A stretch of DNA of 64,000 nt from DHVE2 group archaeon (GCA_027023265.1 JALVVV010000055.1:19907-83906); one strand, 5' to 3'. Counted from the stretch's first letter, positions 19,248 to 29,512 are shown. Translations and numbers: made by a program. The notes: generated from the letters alone by a model not told the origin.

Positions 19248-20630
19248 TCAAAAATTATTTTTGCTTGTTTTTAAGTTCATGTATTTGATTTTACCGTCCA
19301 CCATTGTTAGCAAAATTTTTTCATCTTTTACAACCACTATATCCGCAATGTTACCCTGATTTAGTTTGCCAAGGTGCGTACTCATGTAATATGAGCCCAG
19401 GGTATATGCTTGTATTGCCTCTTTTAAGCTTGTTCTCTGCTGCAAGAACTCGGATTCTGTTGACATTTTTATTCCAAACAGGGGGTCAAGGGGCATGCAG
19501 TCAGAGCCGAATAGCATTTCAATGCCTCTTTCATTTATTTTTTTGAAAGGATTGTTGTTTTCCAGCCAGGAGTCTCCCAGCATGCGATGGTACAATCCGC
19601 CGCGTTTTGCCCATTTCAAGAAATTTGGCTGCACGGACACTGAAAAATTGTCATTGTTTAAGAATTCCTCCCTTGCAAGCTCAAAATGCTCGATCCTGTT
19701 TCCCTTCGTGTCTTTATATGCATTGATTACCGTTTCTATTGCAAAATCTCCAATGGCATGGGTGAAAACCCGAATTCCGGAGGTGTTTGCGTCTTTTACC
19801 AGTGCCCTTAACTTTTTGGACGAAATCAGTGGTTTGGCCCTGAAGCCATCTCTGTACTCCGTGGCTGCGGTCTTTGCACCTATGGAACCATCTGAAAAAA
19901 GTTTCAAAGAGCCTATTTTTAAAAAAGAATCACCGAATCCAGAGTACAATCCTATGGATTTTATTTTTGGAAAGTCTTCAATGTAGAAACTCGCATAAAT
20001 TCTTATATCCAGCTTGCCGCTTCTGTGCATGTTGAAATATGTAGAAATTGCGTTCATGTCTCCGAAGTCGTGAACGCATGTAACTCCTCTGGAGAGTGCG
20101 TATCTCTGCGCAAAATCAAAATCCAGATTTTTAAAAGCGTCCAGCATGTTTGACATCTTCCAAACCTCGTTTTCGAGGAGAATTCCCTCCTCATCGCCCA
20201 GACTGTACTTTCTGCGCGTTAGTGAATTTACCACTGCCAGGTGCCCGTCCTCGCGTACCAAAAAAACCTCAGAATCCGGGCAAATCTCGTCCAGTTCTTC
20301 CGAGCTGAGATATTCTTTGCGCTCCCAGAAACTCTCGTCCCAGCCTCTCCCTACAACTCGTTTTTTTCTGCGGCACTCTTCCCGAACTGCTTGGAGCACA
20401 TCTTTTCTGCTCTTATTGGTTAAATCGAGGGTTCCGTGCATCAATGCAATGTTTGACAGGTGCGTGTGCGAGTCGCAAAATCCAGGGTATATTTCGGCAC
20501 CGTTCAAGTCGTAGCTTCTCGTTGCATCTGGAAGAGTTCCATTGCCTATTTTTGCAATTCTGTTTCCATTAATCAGAATGTAGGTGTGTTCCGTGTTAAA
20601 AACCCTGCCGTTGTAGAGTAGAATGGACAT
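19248..20630 (-). CDS. Amidohydrolase (YtcJ / Amidohydro_3-like)
   Basis: PGFCDSHTH, KLFSDGSIG, HAIGD, RIEH, GSD, ADIVV. Confidence 0.9.
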   Translation of the reverse strand: MSILLYNGRVFNTEHTYILINGNRIAKIGNGTLPDATRSYDLNGAEIYPGFCDSHTHLSNIALMHGTLDLTNKSRKDVLQAVREECRRKKRVVGRGWDESFWERKEYLSSEELDEICPDSEVFLVREDGHLAVVNSLTRRKYSLGDEEGILLENEVWKMSNMLDAFKNLDFDFAQRYALSRGVTCVHDFGDMNAISTYFNMHRSGKLDIRIYASFYIEDFPKIKSIGLYSGFGDSFLKIGSLKLFSDGSIGAKTAATEYRDGFRAKPLISSKKLRALVKDANTSGIRVFTHAIGDFAIETVINAYKDTKGNRIEHFELAREEFLNNDNFSVSVQPNFLKWAKRGGLYHRMLGDSWLENNNPFKKINERGIEMLFGSDCMPLDPLFGIKMSTESEFLQQRTSLKEAIQAYTLGSYYMSTHLGKLNQGNIADIVVVKDEKILLTMVDGKIKYMNLKTSKNNF

Positions 20631-20671
20631 AAAAAGGAAATGAAACAAAAAATTAAAAAGATTTTCAGTGG

Positions 20672-21106
20672 TTAGTTCTTAAAGTAGTCTTTCACTTTGA
20701 ACAGGTACACGAGTATAACTATGCTTATTATTGTACCTATTGGCACGTTGAACAGGCCAATTATCGCAAATATGAGTGCCCATACCCAGGCACCTTTCAT
20801 TCCCTTAATCAGACCACCGGCTATTCCAAAGTAAAGGCTGGCCATTATCAGAGCGCCAATCCAGCAGCATACCATCTGAGATGCCCACTGGTAGAAAGGC
20901 ATATCATGCGGTGTGAAAACCAGCAGGTACGAGACGTACAGCGGGTACACCAGCCATAGAATTCCTCCTATGGCAAACAGCACCGCAAGTATTTTCACCC
21001 CTGCAGGTGCTTTTTCAATTTCCTCCTTCGTTGGTTTTGGATTTGGAGGTGGCGGAGGAACATTTTCCTGCTCCACTTTTTCTTCTTTGTTTTCGTCCTC
21101 GGTCAT
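20672..21106 (-). CDS. Membrane protein with acidic/Pro-rich N-terminus
   Basis: 3-4 hydrophobic segments, PIGT motif. Confidence 0.75.
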   Translation of the reverse strand: MTEDENKEEKVEQENVPPPPPNPKPTKEEIEKAPAGVKILAVLFAIGGILWLVYPLYVSYLLVFTPHDMPFYQWASQMVCCWIGALIMASLYFGIAGGLIKGMKGAWVWALIFAIIGLFNVPIGTIISIVILVYLFKVKDYFKN

Positions 21107-21218
21107 TTTTAACACCCAATTGATATAACCGAGAATAATATATATAGTTTTTGTTAGTTGAATGGTAAATGCTTGCGAACAAAAGATTTATTAAATTCTT
21201 ACACATCCCCATATTTGC

Positions 21219-21291
21219 GGGGCCGTAGGGTAGCTTGGCATCCTACCACCCTGGGGCGGTGGCGACCCGAGTTCAAATCTCGGCGGCCCCA
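21219..21291 (+). tRNA. tRNA-Pro (GGG)
   Basis: GGGGCCG..CCACC-CTGGGGC-GGTGG..GTTCAAATC..CGGCCCC-A. Confidence 0.96.
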
Positions 21292-21450
21292 CTCCCCGCG
21301 AGGATGCCATTTTCTTCCAATGTTTTAGGTGATGTTATTTACTATTTCCCAATGTGCGTTTCTCGCTGAAAAATGCATTGAATCCTAGAAAATATATGGA
21401 TATTGCACAAGTATTAACCTTTTAGGTCTAAAAATATAATGGGGGCGAGT

Positions 21451-22131
21451 TTAAAACTCGTAGCTCTCTCCGGGGTTGAGTACCACCAACTTTATGTTCT
21501 CTTTCTCCAGCTCACCGCGCATTAGTTCTGGATTTGCGTTTATCGGTGGCCATGTGTTGTAGTGCATGGGAATAACAACCTTTGGTTTAATCCACTTTGC
21601 CGCGATGGCTGCGAGACGTGTGTCCATGGTGAACAGTCCTCCAATGGGAAGAAGTGCCACGTCGGGCTTGTAAATCTCTCCAATTATTTTCATATCTCCA
21701 AACAAACCGGTGTCCCCGGCGTGGTAAACGACCTTTCCGTCCATCTCTATTATGAATCCAGCAGGTAAGCCACCTGAGTGCGAAAACCCGGTTTCTGTTA
21801 TTCCCGACGAGTGCATGGCTGGGACCATAGTTATTTTGGCACCCTCGTAATCGTAGGTTCCGCTAAAATTCATACCCACCGCTTTTGCTCCCTTTGAGTT
21901 TATGTACTCTGCAATTTCGTATATTGCCAGAACAGGCACATCTTTACGCTTGGATATGAAAATTGCATCCCCCAAGTGGTCCCCGTGCCCGTGCGTGACG
22001 GCAATAATGTCGCAATCCAAGTCATCGGGCTTTACCGGCGCCTTGTCATTGCCCGTTATGAATGGGTCAACGAGCACCTTCTTCGTGCCCTCAATCATAA
22101 ACGCAGAATGGCCAAGCCACGTGATTTTCAT
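21451..22131 (-). CDS. Metallo-beta-lactamase fold hydrolase (UPF0173)
   Basis: ITWLGHS, THGHGDH, HS, YHAGDT, PIGG, PMHY. Confidence 0.93.
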   Translation of the reverse strand: MKITWLGHSAFMIEGTKKVLVDPFITGNDKAPVKPDDLDCDIIAVTHGHGDHLGDAIFISKRKDVPVLAIYEIAEYINSKGAKAVGMNFSGTYDYEGAKITMVPAMHSSGITETGFSHSGGLPAGFIIEMDGKVVYHAGDTGLFGDMKIIGEIYKPDVALLPIGGLFTMDTRLAAIAAKWIKPKVVIPMHYNTWPPINANPELMRGELEKENIKLVVLNPGESYEF

Positions 22132-22186
22132 CTCTATCACCTCCAGTTTGCATGCCATTATCCTCTTTAAAATTTTCCCCGCTTCT

Positions 22187-22834
22187 TTATTTTTTGAAAT
22201 CAGAGATGTTCCTTACAATGTTCCCTCCAAATATGGCGCTTGCAGCTACAATTATGTCCGCTCCCGCGTCCACAACCCGTTTGAAGTTGTTGTGCTTTAT
22301 CCCTCCATCTACGGAGATTTTCACGCTTAAACCTTCGCGGTCTATGAATTCCCTTGCCTCTTTGATTTTTGGTATCACCTCGTCTATGAATCTCTGTCCA
22401 GAAAAGCCGGGATACACGGACATTATGAGCAAATAATCCACATCATCTATGAAGTCAATTACCTTGGAAAAAGGTGTATCCGGATTTATTGCTATTCCCA
22501 CTTCTGCACCGTAATTTCTGATTTTTCGAAGTATGGTTTCTATATCCACTTTTATCTCACGATGCACTGTTATAATGTCCACCCCTGCTTTCATAAAATC
22601 CTTTATATACTTATCAGGTCTCTCAATCATAAGATGTGCGTCGAATGGAATTTTTGTGCATTTCCTTATGCTTTTTATCACCACCGGCCCGAAGGATATA
22701 TTGGGTACAAAGTGCCCGTCCATAACATCAAGGTGGATGTAATCGGCTTTTCCTCTTTCACACTCTCTTACTTCGTGGCATAACTGTGAGAAATCCGCTG
22801 AGAGAATTGAAGGTGCAACCTTAACCTCACTCAT
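22187..22834 (-). CDS. rpe: Ribulose-phosphate 3-epimerase
   Basis: APSILSADF, HLDVMDGHFVPN, DAHLM, MSVYPGFSGQ, VDGG. Confidence 0.96.
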   Translation of the reverse strand: MSEVKVAPSILSADFSQLCHEVRECERGKADYIHLDVMDGHFVPNISFGPVVIKSIRKCTKIPFDAHLMIERPDKYIKDFMKAGVDIITVHREIKVDIETILRKIRNYGAEVGIAINPDTPFSKVIDFIDDVDYLLIMSVYPGFSGQRFIDEVIPKIKEAREFIDREGLSVKISVDGGIKHNNFKRVVDAGADIIVAASAIFGGNIVRNISDFKK

Positions 22835-22885
22835 ATTATCACCACGGCGGCATGCAACATACAGTATATAGATTTTAGTCGTGCT

Positions 22886-23359
22886 TTAGCTTCCCCCGGT
22901 GATTTCCCGGAACACGTTCTCCACGTTCTCTCCCGTTTTTGCACTCGTGAAATAAAACGGGGAAGAGTACTCATCTGCAAGTTTTTTCAATTCGTCCTTC
23001 CAGAATTCTGCCTGGTACTTCAAATCGCTTTTGTTACCAATAAATATCATAATTCCATTGTAGCCGTCCAAAAATCGGGCTATTTCGTGCATTGTGTTTA
23101 GTGTATTTTTTCTAGTTATGTCCCCTACCACGAGTATGGCTTTTGAACCTCTAAGAATCTTATCCACATGCTCTTCGTATATGCTAACATCCCATACCAT
23201 TAGCGTGATTCCATCTACTTTCCTTTTGTATGCTTTGCTTTCCACGGTGCTTTCCGTGTCATCTTTAAACGTATCGTAAACAAACCGGTTCACAAGCGAA
23301 GTTTTACCAACTTCTGAATCTCCGAGCACACTGATTTTCCATATCTTAGGAGCTTTCAT
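22886..23359 (-). CDS. Ras/Rab-like small GTPase with degenerate G3
   Basis: G1 GDSEVGKTS, G3 position WDVSI (no DxxG), G4 NKSD, G5 SAK. Confidence 0.88.
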   Translation of the reverse strand: MKAPKIWKISVLGDSEVGKTSLVNRFVYDTFKDDTESTVESKAYKRKVDGITLMVWDVSIYEEHVDKILRGSKAILVVGDITRKNTLNTMHEIARFLDGYNGIMIFIGNKSDLKYQAEFWKDELKKLADEYSSPFYFTSAKTGENVENVFREITGGS

Positions 23360-23533
23360 CCAACTTCCAATGACATTAGCTATATAAAGATTTTTCAAGG
23401 CCATGGTGTTTTTCGGCTGTTGATACCATGGCTTTTTTGAAATTTTGTAAGGAAAATATACTTAAATACTTTGATGAGCGGATTATCGGGAAATAGTTAA
23501 ATAAAATAAGAATATAAGATTGAATGAGAGGCC

Positions 23534-24337
23534 ATGGAAATCAAGAGGAAGGTGGTTCTTTTAGGCGATGCTGCGGTGGGAAAAACATCACTTGTAAGAA
23601 GGTTCGTTTTTGACTCCTTTGACGACAAGTACATAATGACCATTGGAACGAAGGTCAGCAAAAAGAAGATGAAAATGAGGGTTGAAGGCATTGATGTTGA
23701 CCTTACGCTAATGGTTTGGGACGTGTTGGGCCAGCAAGGATTTACACAGGTTCAGGAAGCAGCATTCAGGGGTAGTGACGGTGCTTTGATTGTTTGCGAT
23801 CTCACGAGAAAGGAGACTCTTTACAGCATATCTCATTACTGGTTGCCCATTCTTGAGAGAGTTGCAGGTGTCCCAGCCGTGCTTTTGGCAAACAAAAGTG
23901 ATCTGAATAACTGGGAGCTATCAACGGGGGAAATTGAAAGCTTTACAAATAATATAGGCGTTCCATATTTTTTGACCAGCGCAAAAACTGGTGAAAACGT
24001 GGAAGAGGCGTTTAAAAAACTCGCGGAAATGACGTTTGTATTCTATCCAATTAATGTGAATATTGAGAAAGAGAAAAATATGGAGAGTCTCAAAGACGTG
24101 CTTGATTACATAATGAATGATTTTGCATCGCAGTACGGAAGCTACGATGATGGAATGGCCGTGCTCACCGCTAACTTGAAGCTGGTAGGCATAAAAATTG
24201 ATAAACCCGGGCCATTGCAAATGGTTACCTTAATTGACAAACTTTATGCAATAGAAAAGGATTATCTGCCTGTAGAAAAGGCTAAAGAGAACCGCATCAA
24301 AAGGCTTGGATTGATGAAGAGGGTCAGGTGGTTATAA
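23534..24337 (+). CDS. Rab-like small GTPase with C-terminal helical domain
   Basis: GDAAVGKTS, YIMTIG, WDVLGQ, NKSD, TSAK; about 85-aa extension from ~24080. Confidence 0.92.
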   Translation: MEIKRKVVLLGDAAVGKTSLVRRFVFDSFDDKYIMTIGTKVSKKKMKMRVEGIDVDLTLMVWDVLGQQGFTQVQEAAFRGSDGALIVCDLTRKETLYSISHYWLPILERVAGVPAVLLANKSDLNNWELSTGEIESFTNNIGVPYFLTSAKTGENVEEAFKKLAEMTFVFYPINVNIEKEKNMESLKDVLDYIMNDFASQYGSYDDGMAVLTANLKLVGIKIDKPGPLQMVTLIDKLYAIEKDYLPVEKAKENRIKRLGLMKRVRWL

Positions 24338-24891
24338 TGTCAGAAGAGAAAGAAATTGAGGAAAAAGCAAGGGATTTGATGAAAAAAATAACGAGCAAAA
24401 ACCCATGTGGTTCCGGAGAGATAGACCTTATGGGGCGAAGGTACGTGCTTCTGTCAACGGAGTATTTCCCGTACGAGCTCACGAAGGACCTGGAAGAGAT
24501 TTTTGGAACTGCCGGGGATGCTGTCCTCTACAAAGGGGGAGAGCGAGTGGGCAGGGACTTGTACGGGCACTACATACATCTTGCAAGAGAATACGGAATA
24601 GAAATATGGGACATAATATCTGCAGTAGGCTGGTACTTTGGATGGGGTCTTGGAGAGGTCATAGAAAGGGGACACAACAACGGGAAATACGTTATCAGGG
24701 TTTACAACTCTTTTGAGTCAGAGAGTTTTATTGACAGGGAGAAAAAAGTGAAAAAGCCAGTATGTCATTTTATGAAAGGAGTGCTGAACGGAATAGTGGA
24801 GAGCATAGAGGTTGTGAAGTACAAGGCTGAGGAGACTAAGTGCAGGGCAAAGGGAGATGAATACTGCGAATTCGTCTTTACTCCTCTATAA
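24337..24891 (+). CDS. V4R (4-vinyl reductase / Bet3-fold) domain protein
   Basis: GWG, SFE, CHF..G...G, ETKC..KG.EYCEF; start overlaps the GTPase stop (TAATG). Confidence 0.88.
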   Translation: MSEEKEIEEKARDLMKKITSKNPCGSGEIDLMGRRYVLLSTEYFPYELTKDLEEIFGTAGDAVLYKGGERVGRDLYGHYIHLAREYGIEIWDIISAVGWYFGWGLGEVIERGHNNGKYVIRVYNSFESESFIDREKKVKKPVCHFMKGVLNGIVESIEVVKYKAEETKCRAKGDEYCEFVFTPL

Positions 24892-26458
24892 ATTCTTTTA
24901 GTTCTGGATAACTATTAACTGCATCTTCCGTTTTTCTGTAAGGTCTATTTCGTATTATGGATACTGCTTTTTTCTCTCCAATTCCGGGTATCGCCATGAG
25001 AGCCCGGTAACTTGCAGAGTTTATATTCAGAGGATACTCAACCCCTGTTACGCTTCTTTTGCCGTATCCGACAACTTTAACGTCAACGAATTTGCCAGTA
25101 TTATCTGGATATGGTAGAACAATTACGAGTGGGTATGAGCCTATTTGCCTTCCGTAGGTGTAATTCCCCTTTTTAACTTCCAGATACACGTCTTTTAAGA
25201 TGGTCATCTCTGGAACTATCCTTCTGAGCATCGGTGCGTCTATTTTTTCCCTGACTTCTTTTCTGAACTTCCAGCACTCGTGTTTGTACTTGAACTTGAA
25301 CTTTCCCCGAATCTCCGCTATCTGCCTTACATTTATTCTTCTTAATAGATATCCCCGGCTAAGTACTTCTTCTAAAAATTTAAAGCTCATTGCGTAGCTT
25401 TCCTTTCTCTCGCATCTCAAACCGCATATGAAATTCAATCCCGGTAAAAGTCGTGGCATGCCGTTTTCCCCTCGCTCTGAGCCCAGCTCGTTTACTATGC
25501 GAATTGCATCCATTACCTGTGATGGAGAGGTGTTAAGGTTGTTGCATTTTCTAACTTCAGGGTCTGCGGATTCCATTCCAAAAGATACTACGTTTCCAGG
25601 GGTAGTGTACTTTACCAGAACTTCAGTAATCTTCTCACTTTCATCTTGGTACGTAGCTATCACTGCGGGGTTTGCATTGTCCACATGCAGCACCTTGGGA
25701 TTTAATTTGTGTAATCTTGAAAAGAGAGAGCGTATTGCCCCGACATTTGGTTGCACAATATCTTTCTCTCCAACACCAAAACCCTTGTATGAGTATATGC
25801 AGCTTTGTCCACCAACCCTGAAATTCAGAACTCCCAGTTTCCTTAGTGTCTCTACTTCTTTTACTATATCATCAACGTCCCTGAACACCGGTTTTCCATA
25901 AAGGGGTTCTATGCAGAAAGAACAACCACCGGTTATGTATCTGGGGCAGCCTCTGAAAGTTTCTATTTCTGCAATTATGCTGTAGGGGAAGTCAGGATGC
26001 TGCTCCACAATATATGAGCCATTCAAAAGCCAGCGATTCCACTCATTTAGGCTATGAAACCTGTGTCCATCAAAATTATCTGTCAGTACATCATATAGAA
26101 GAGCATCCACATCTTTTTTTGCGATGTAATCAAAGCCATCTTTTATTATCCCGAATCTTGCCAGTCCACCTCCCAGAATTTTCAATCCTTTGAAGCTCCG
26201 AGCAATGTCCATAACTTCTCTTATTGATGCAGGGTATGTTCGGAGGTACTTTCCGGGGACAACGGCGCCTCCAATGAATATCAGCAGTTCTCCGGGAACA
26301 CTTTCACCTTTTCTCCACCGGTCAATGCTCATGTACCTGCAATCCACGCCCAGTTCCCTGCAAACACCCGCAACCTGTCTTATGTACGGAGATATATATG
26401 GGGGCACGCCCAGCATTGACGGTTCGTCCACGTACCCGTCCAGAATTGTTGCTAACAT
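24878..26458 (-). CDS. Radical SAM protein with C-terminal TRAM-like and helix-hairpin-helix domains (COG1031-like)
   Basis: LDGYVDEP..LGVPPYI, ETFRGC..GGCSFC, GRQIGSYP, LNINSA..IPGIG. Confidence 0.85.
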   Translation of the reverse strand: MLATILDGYVDEPSMLGVPPYISPYIRQVAGVCRELGVDCRYMSIDRWRKGESVPGELLIFIGGAVVPGKYLRTYPASIREVMDIARSFKGLKILGGGLARFGIIKDGFDYIAKKDVDALLYDVLTDNFDGHRFHSLNEWNRWLLNGSYIVEQHPDFPYSIIAEIETFRGCPRYITGGCSFCIEPLYGKPVFRDVDDIVKEVETLRKLGVLNFRVGGQSCIYSYKGFGVGEKDIVQPNVGAIRSLFSRLHKLNPKVLHVDNANPAVIATYQDESEKITEVLVKYTTPGNVVSFGMESADPEVRKCNNLNTSPSQVMDAIRIVNELGSERGENGMPRLLPGLNFICGLRCERKESYAMSFKFLEEVLSRGYLLRRINVRQIAEIRGKFKFKYKHECWKFRKEVREKIDAPMLRRIVPEMTILKDVYLEVKKGNYTYGRQIGSYPLVIVLPYPDNTGKFVDVKVVGYGKRSVTGVEYPLNINSASYRALMAIPGIGEKKAVSIIRNRPYRKTEDAVNSYPELKEFIEE

Positions 26459-27558
26459 TTTACCAGTAACTCGTTTGCCTTTCTCATTATTCTAAACTCG
26501 CCTATGCTCTCTGCTACCTTCTTTGCCTCTTCCAGGTGAAATCTGGCCGCTTCTTTCATGTTGCTTTCAAGGAGAACTCGGCCAATGGCAAGCTCGCACT
26601 CGCTCAGAAATACCCTGTGGTTAATTTTCACAAAAATTGAACGAGCATCGTTATAAGTTCTCATGGCTTTCCTGTAATCTCCACTTTTCTCATATACGTA
26701 GCCAAGGTTTAGCAAAGACTCTCCTATTGTGCTTTTATTTTTAACTTCTTTGGATAGCTCCACCGCCTCGTTTGCAAGTTTCATGGCTTCATCGTATTTT
26801 CCCCTGTCTGCAAGAATTACAGCTAAGTATCCAAGCGTGGACGATTCTATTTCCTTGTCTTCGTGATTTTTGTAGAGTTCCACAGCTTCCCTCAAATATC
26901 TCTCTGCATCATCTAACTCTCCAGATTCTCTTGCCATGTCGCCCATGTTTAGCAGATTTATAGACATGCCCCGGTAATCGTTTCCCCTTTTCGAATGTTC
27001 GTAAGCATGCTTGTAGTGCTCGATGGCGTTTCGGTACTCTCCTCTAACTCTGAATACTTCCCCCATGTTGTTATAGGCTATTGCTATTAACTCGTCATCT
27101 CCTATCTTTTTTGAGATTTCTAGGCACCGCTCCCAGCTTTTCTTTGCATATCCTATCCTGCCCCTGTCAAAAGAGTATATGCCAACTAAGTTGTAAAAAT
27201 TGAACATTGTCTCCGGCTTTGATTTCTCAGCGTGCTTGAACCCTAACTTTATCAAATGCTCACATGTATCTATATTCCCAAGGCTCATGTTTATTTCTAT
27301 TGCAGAAGTGTATATCTTGGTTAATGTATCGTCATCACCTGAAGATTCTGCAAATTTAATAGCATCGTTAACGTGTTCCCTCGCAAGTATTGATTCGCCA
27401 ATCCTTATATATACCCTTGATAAACCGTAATGGATGAGTGCTTTATCTATGTCCCTGCTTGCTTCACCGAGAGCGTTTTCGTACAATTTCCGAGCCTCTT
27501 CGTAATTTCCATTTCTGCGGAGTTCTTCTCCTTTCTTAAGAACATCCTGTATATTCAT
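26452..27558 (-). CDS. Tetratricopeptide repeat protein
   Basis: Repeated AYNNMGEV..G.Y..A...Y..A units of about 40 aa. Confidence 0.9.
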   Translation of the reverse strand: MNIQDVLKKGEELRRNGNYEEARKLYENALGEASRDIDKALIHYGLSRVYIRIGESILAREHVNDAIKFAESSGDDDTLTKIYTSAIEINMSLGNIDTCEHLIKLGFKHAEKSKPETMFNFYNLVGIYSFDRGRIGYAKKSWERCLEISKKIGDDELIAIAYNNMGEVFRVRGEYRNAIEHYKHAYEHSKRGNDYRGMSINLLNMGDMARESGELDDAERYLREAVELYKNHEDKEIESSTLGYLAVILADRGKYDEAMKLANEAVELSKEVKNKSTIGESLLNLGYVYEKSGDYRKAMRTYNDARSIFVKINHRVFLSECELAIGRVLLESNMKEAARFHLEEAKKVAESIGEFRIMRKANELLVKC

Positions 27559-27762
27559 TGCACTGAGGATTAATGTGCCTTATATTAATATCTTTTGTAA
27601 AGTCCATCCAAAAATTTAAAGTGTGGAGATTTAACAAGTGAATTAACAGGCTGAAAAAAGCAATTTATAATTTTTAAAACTGTACTTTAACAATTTTTCT
27701 GAAGATATAATCTAATCGTGGCCGTGGCATAAGGTTATATATATGTATGCTTTTATATCTCT

Positions 27763-28200
27763 ATGTTCTGGACGGGAGTGGCGCTGGTGATAATTGGCCT
27801 TATTCTTCTTTTAGCAGAGGTCCATGTTCCCGGATTTTTTATGGCCATTCCAGGAACCATACTTCTGATTCTGGGGCTTGCCATAATGTTCGTAGGGAAT
27901 GTGGATATCGTAACCGCATCGGTTTTGATAATAGTTGCAGCTATTGGCTCATCTCTATTTACGCTATGGTTTTACAGAAAACTGGGTGAGCCGGAACTTC
28001 CAAGCACAACAACTCCTGATCAGCTGGTTGGAAAAACAGGTGTGGTAATCAGGGAAATAGAGCCCAATACCATCAAAGGAAAAATCAGGATTGGAACTGA
28101 GATTTGGAGCGCCACTGCGGATAGCAAGATAGATGAAGGTAAAAAAGTTATTGTGAAAAAAGCGGAAGGAGTGCATCTTGTAGTTGAGGAGGTGAAATAA
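27763..28200 (+). CDS. NfeD-like membrane protein (short form)
   Basis: TM helices plus LVGKTGVV..G.IRIG.E.WSA OB fold; adjacent to SPFH gene. Confidence 0.9.
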   Translation: MFWTGVALVIIGLILLLAEVHVPGFFMAIPGTILLILGLAIMFVGNVDIVTASVLIIVAAIGSSLFTLWFYRKLGEPELPSTTTPDQLVGKTGVVIREIEPNTIKGKIRIGTEIWSATADSKIDEGKKVIVKKAEGVHLVVEEVK

Positions 28201-28202
28201 AA

Positions 28203-29297
28203 ATGGATTTGTGGATAATTGGCGGTATAGTGTTTTTGATAGTGATACTGGTTGTAATATTCTTCTCCACGGCGGTTAGGATAGTGAAGCCATGGGAACG
28301 GGGTATATACATATTCCTTGGAAAACATCGCGGGGTTTTGAATCCCGGGTTTCACGTGGTTTACCCGTTTGCCCAGGTTTACCCAATAGACATGAGGACC
28401 CAGACATGGGATGTTCCTAAGCAAGAGGTAATTACGAAAGATAATTCTCCAACCGGTGTGGATGCTGTGATATACATACGCGTGGTAGATGCATATAAAG
28501 CATTTTACGAGGTACAGGATTACAAGCTGGCCACGATAAATCTTGCAAGAACTACTTTGAGGTCAGTTATAGGTAACATGTCTCTGGATGAGGTGCTTTA
28601 CAACAGAGAGCAGATTAACGCCCATCTCCGAGATGTTCTGGACGAAGCAACGGACCAGTGGGGAGTTAAAGTAGAGGCAGTTGAAATCAAAGAGGTTGAC
28701 CCATCTAAGAAGGTAAAGCAGGCAATGGAAGAGCAAACTTCGGCAGAGAGAGAAAGAAGAGCGGCAATACTCCGCGCGGATGGTGTCAAGCGCTCCCAGA
28801 TCCTTGAAGCGGAAGGTAAGAAGCAATCTGCAATTCTTGAAGCGGAAGGTAAGAGACAGGCAAATATCTTGGAAGCAGAAGGTATGAGGATAGCCACAAT
28901 CTTGAAAGCGCAGGGCGAAGCCCAGAGGTATCGTATAATCTCATTAGGTTCTGCAACGCTCACTTCTAAGGCTCTAAGCGTTCTTTCGCTGGATACTTTA
29001 ACGAGAATGGCCGACGGGCAGGCAACAAAGATAATATTCCCGTTCGAGATTACAAAGCTAATTGAGACCACTGCCAACTACCTTGGAGTTCCTGTAAAAG
29101 AAGCGGTTAGCGAAGATACGAATTACGAGGACATAGAGCGTGTGGTGGGCAAAGCCGATGAAATACTTGGACCAATACCTTCGTACGAGGAAATAGAAAA
29201 GGAAACAAAGGAGGCAAAAGAGAGCATTGACGAAAAAAAGGTTGATTTGTCAAGTACCGATGAGAAAAAGCTGTTTACGGGCTCATCGGATGCTTGA
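28203..29297 (+). CDS. SPFH/band 7 (stomatin/paraslipin-like) protein
   Basis: QEVITKDN, TTLRSVIG, WGVKV.AVE, AERERRA. Confidence 0.93.
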   Translation: MDLWIIGGIVFLIVILVVIFFSTAVRIVKPWERGIYIFLGKHRGVLNPGFHVVYPFAQVYPIDMRTQTWDVPKQEVITKDNSPTGVDAVIYIRVVDAYKAFYEVQDYKLATINLARTTLRSVIGNMSLDEVLYNREQINAHLRDVLDEATDQWGVKVEAVEIKEVDPSKKVKQAMEEQTSAERERRAAILRADGVKRSQILEAEGKKQSAILEAEGKRQANILEAEGMRIATILKAQGEAQRYRIISLGSATLTSKALSVLSLDTLTRMADGQATKIIFPFEITKLIETTANYLGVPVKEAVSEDTNYEDIERVVGKADEILGPIPSYEEIEKETKEAKESIDEKKVDLSSTDEKKLFTGSSDA

Positions 29298-29512
29298 GCT
29301 TGCGACTCTTTATTTTTTTAATTAATTCTTATTGGCCATCTTTTTTAACTCTTGATTTTATTTGAACATTGCTTAGGATAATAAATCAATTTCCATTGTG
29401 TGTTTTTTCGCAGACTATAATGGGAATTTACCGGTGTTTTAAAAGCGATAATGTATCTGAAGGGAATATAAGGACACAAAAAAGAATGGGAGCAAAGATA
29501 AGTACTTTCTTT

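Noticed and set aside
21292..21450. Possible integration scar after tRNA-Pro
   Set aside because: No duplicated tRNA end, integrase or foreign ORF seen
28768..28920. 33-nt tandem repeats (CTTGAAGCGGAAGGTAAG...)
   Set aside because: In-frame 11-aa ILEAEG coiled-coil repeats of the SPFH protein; not CRISPR
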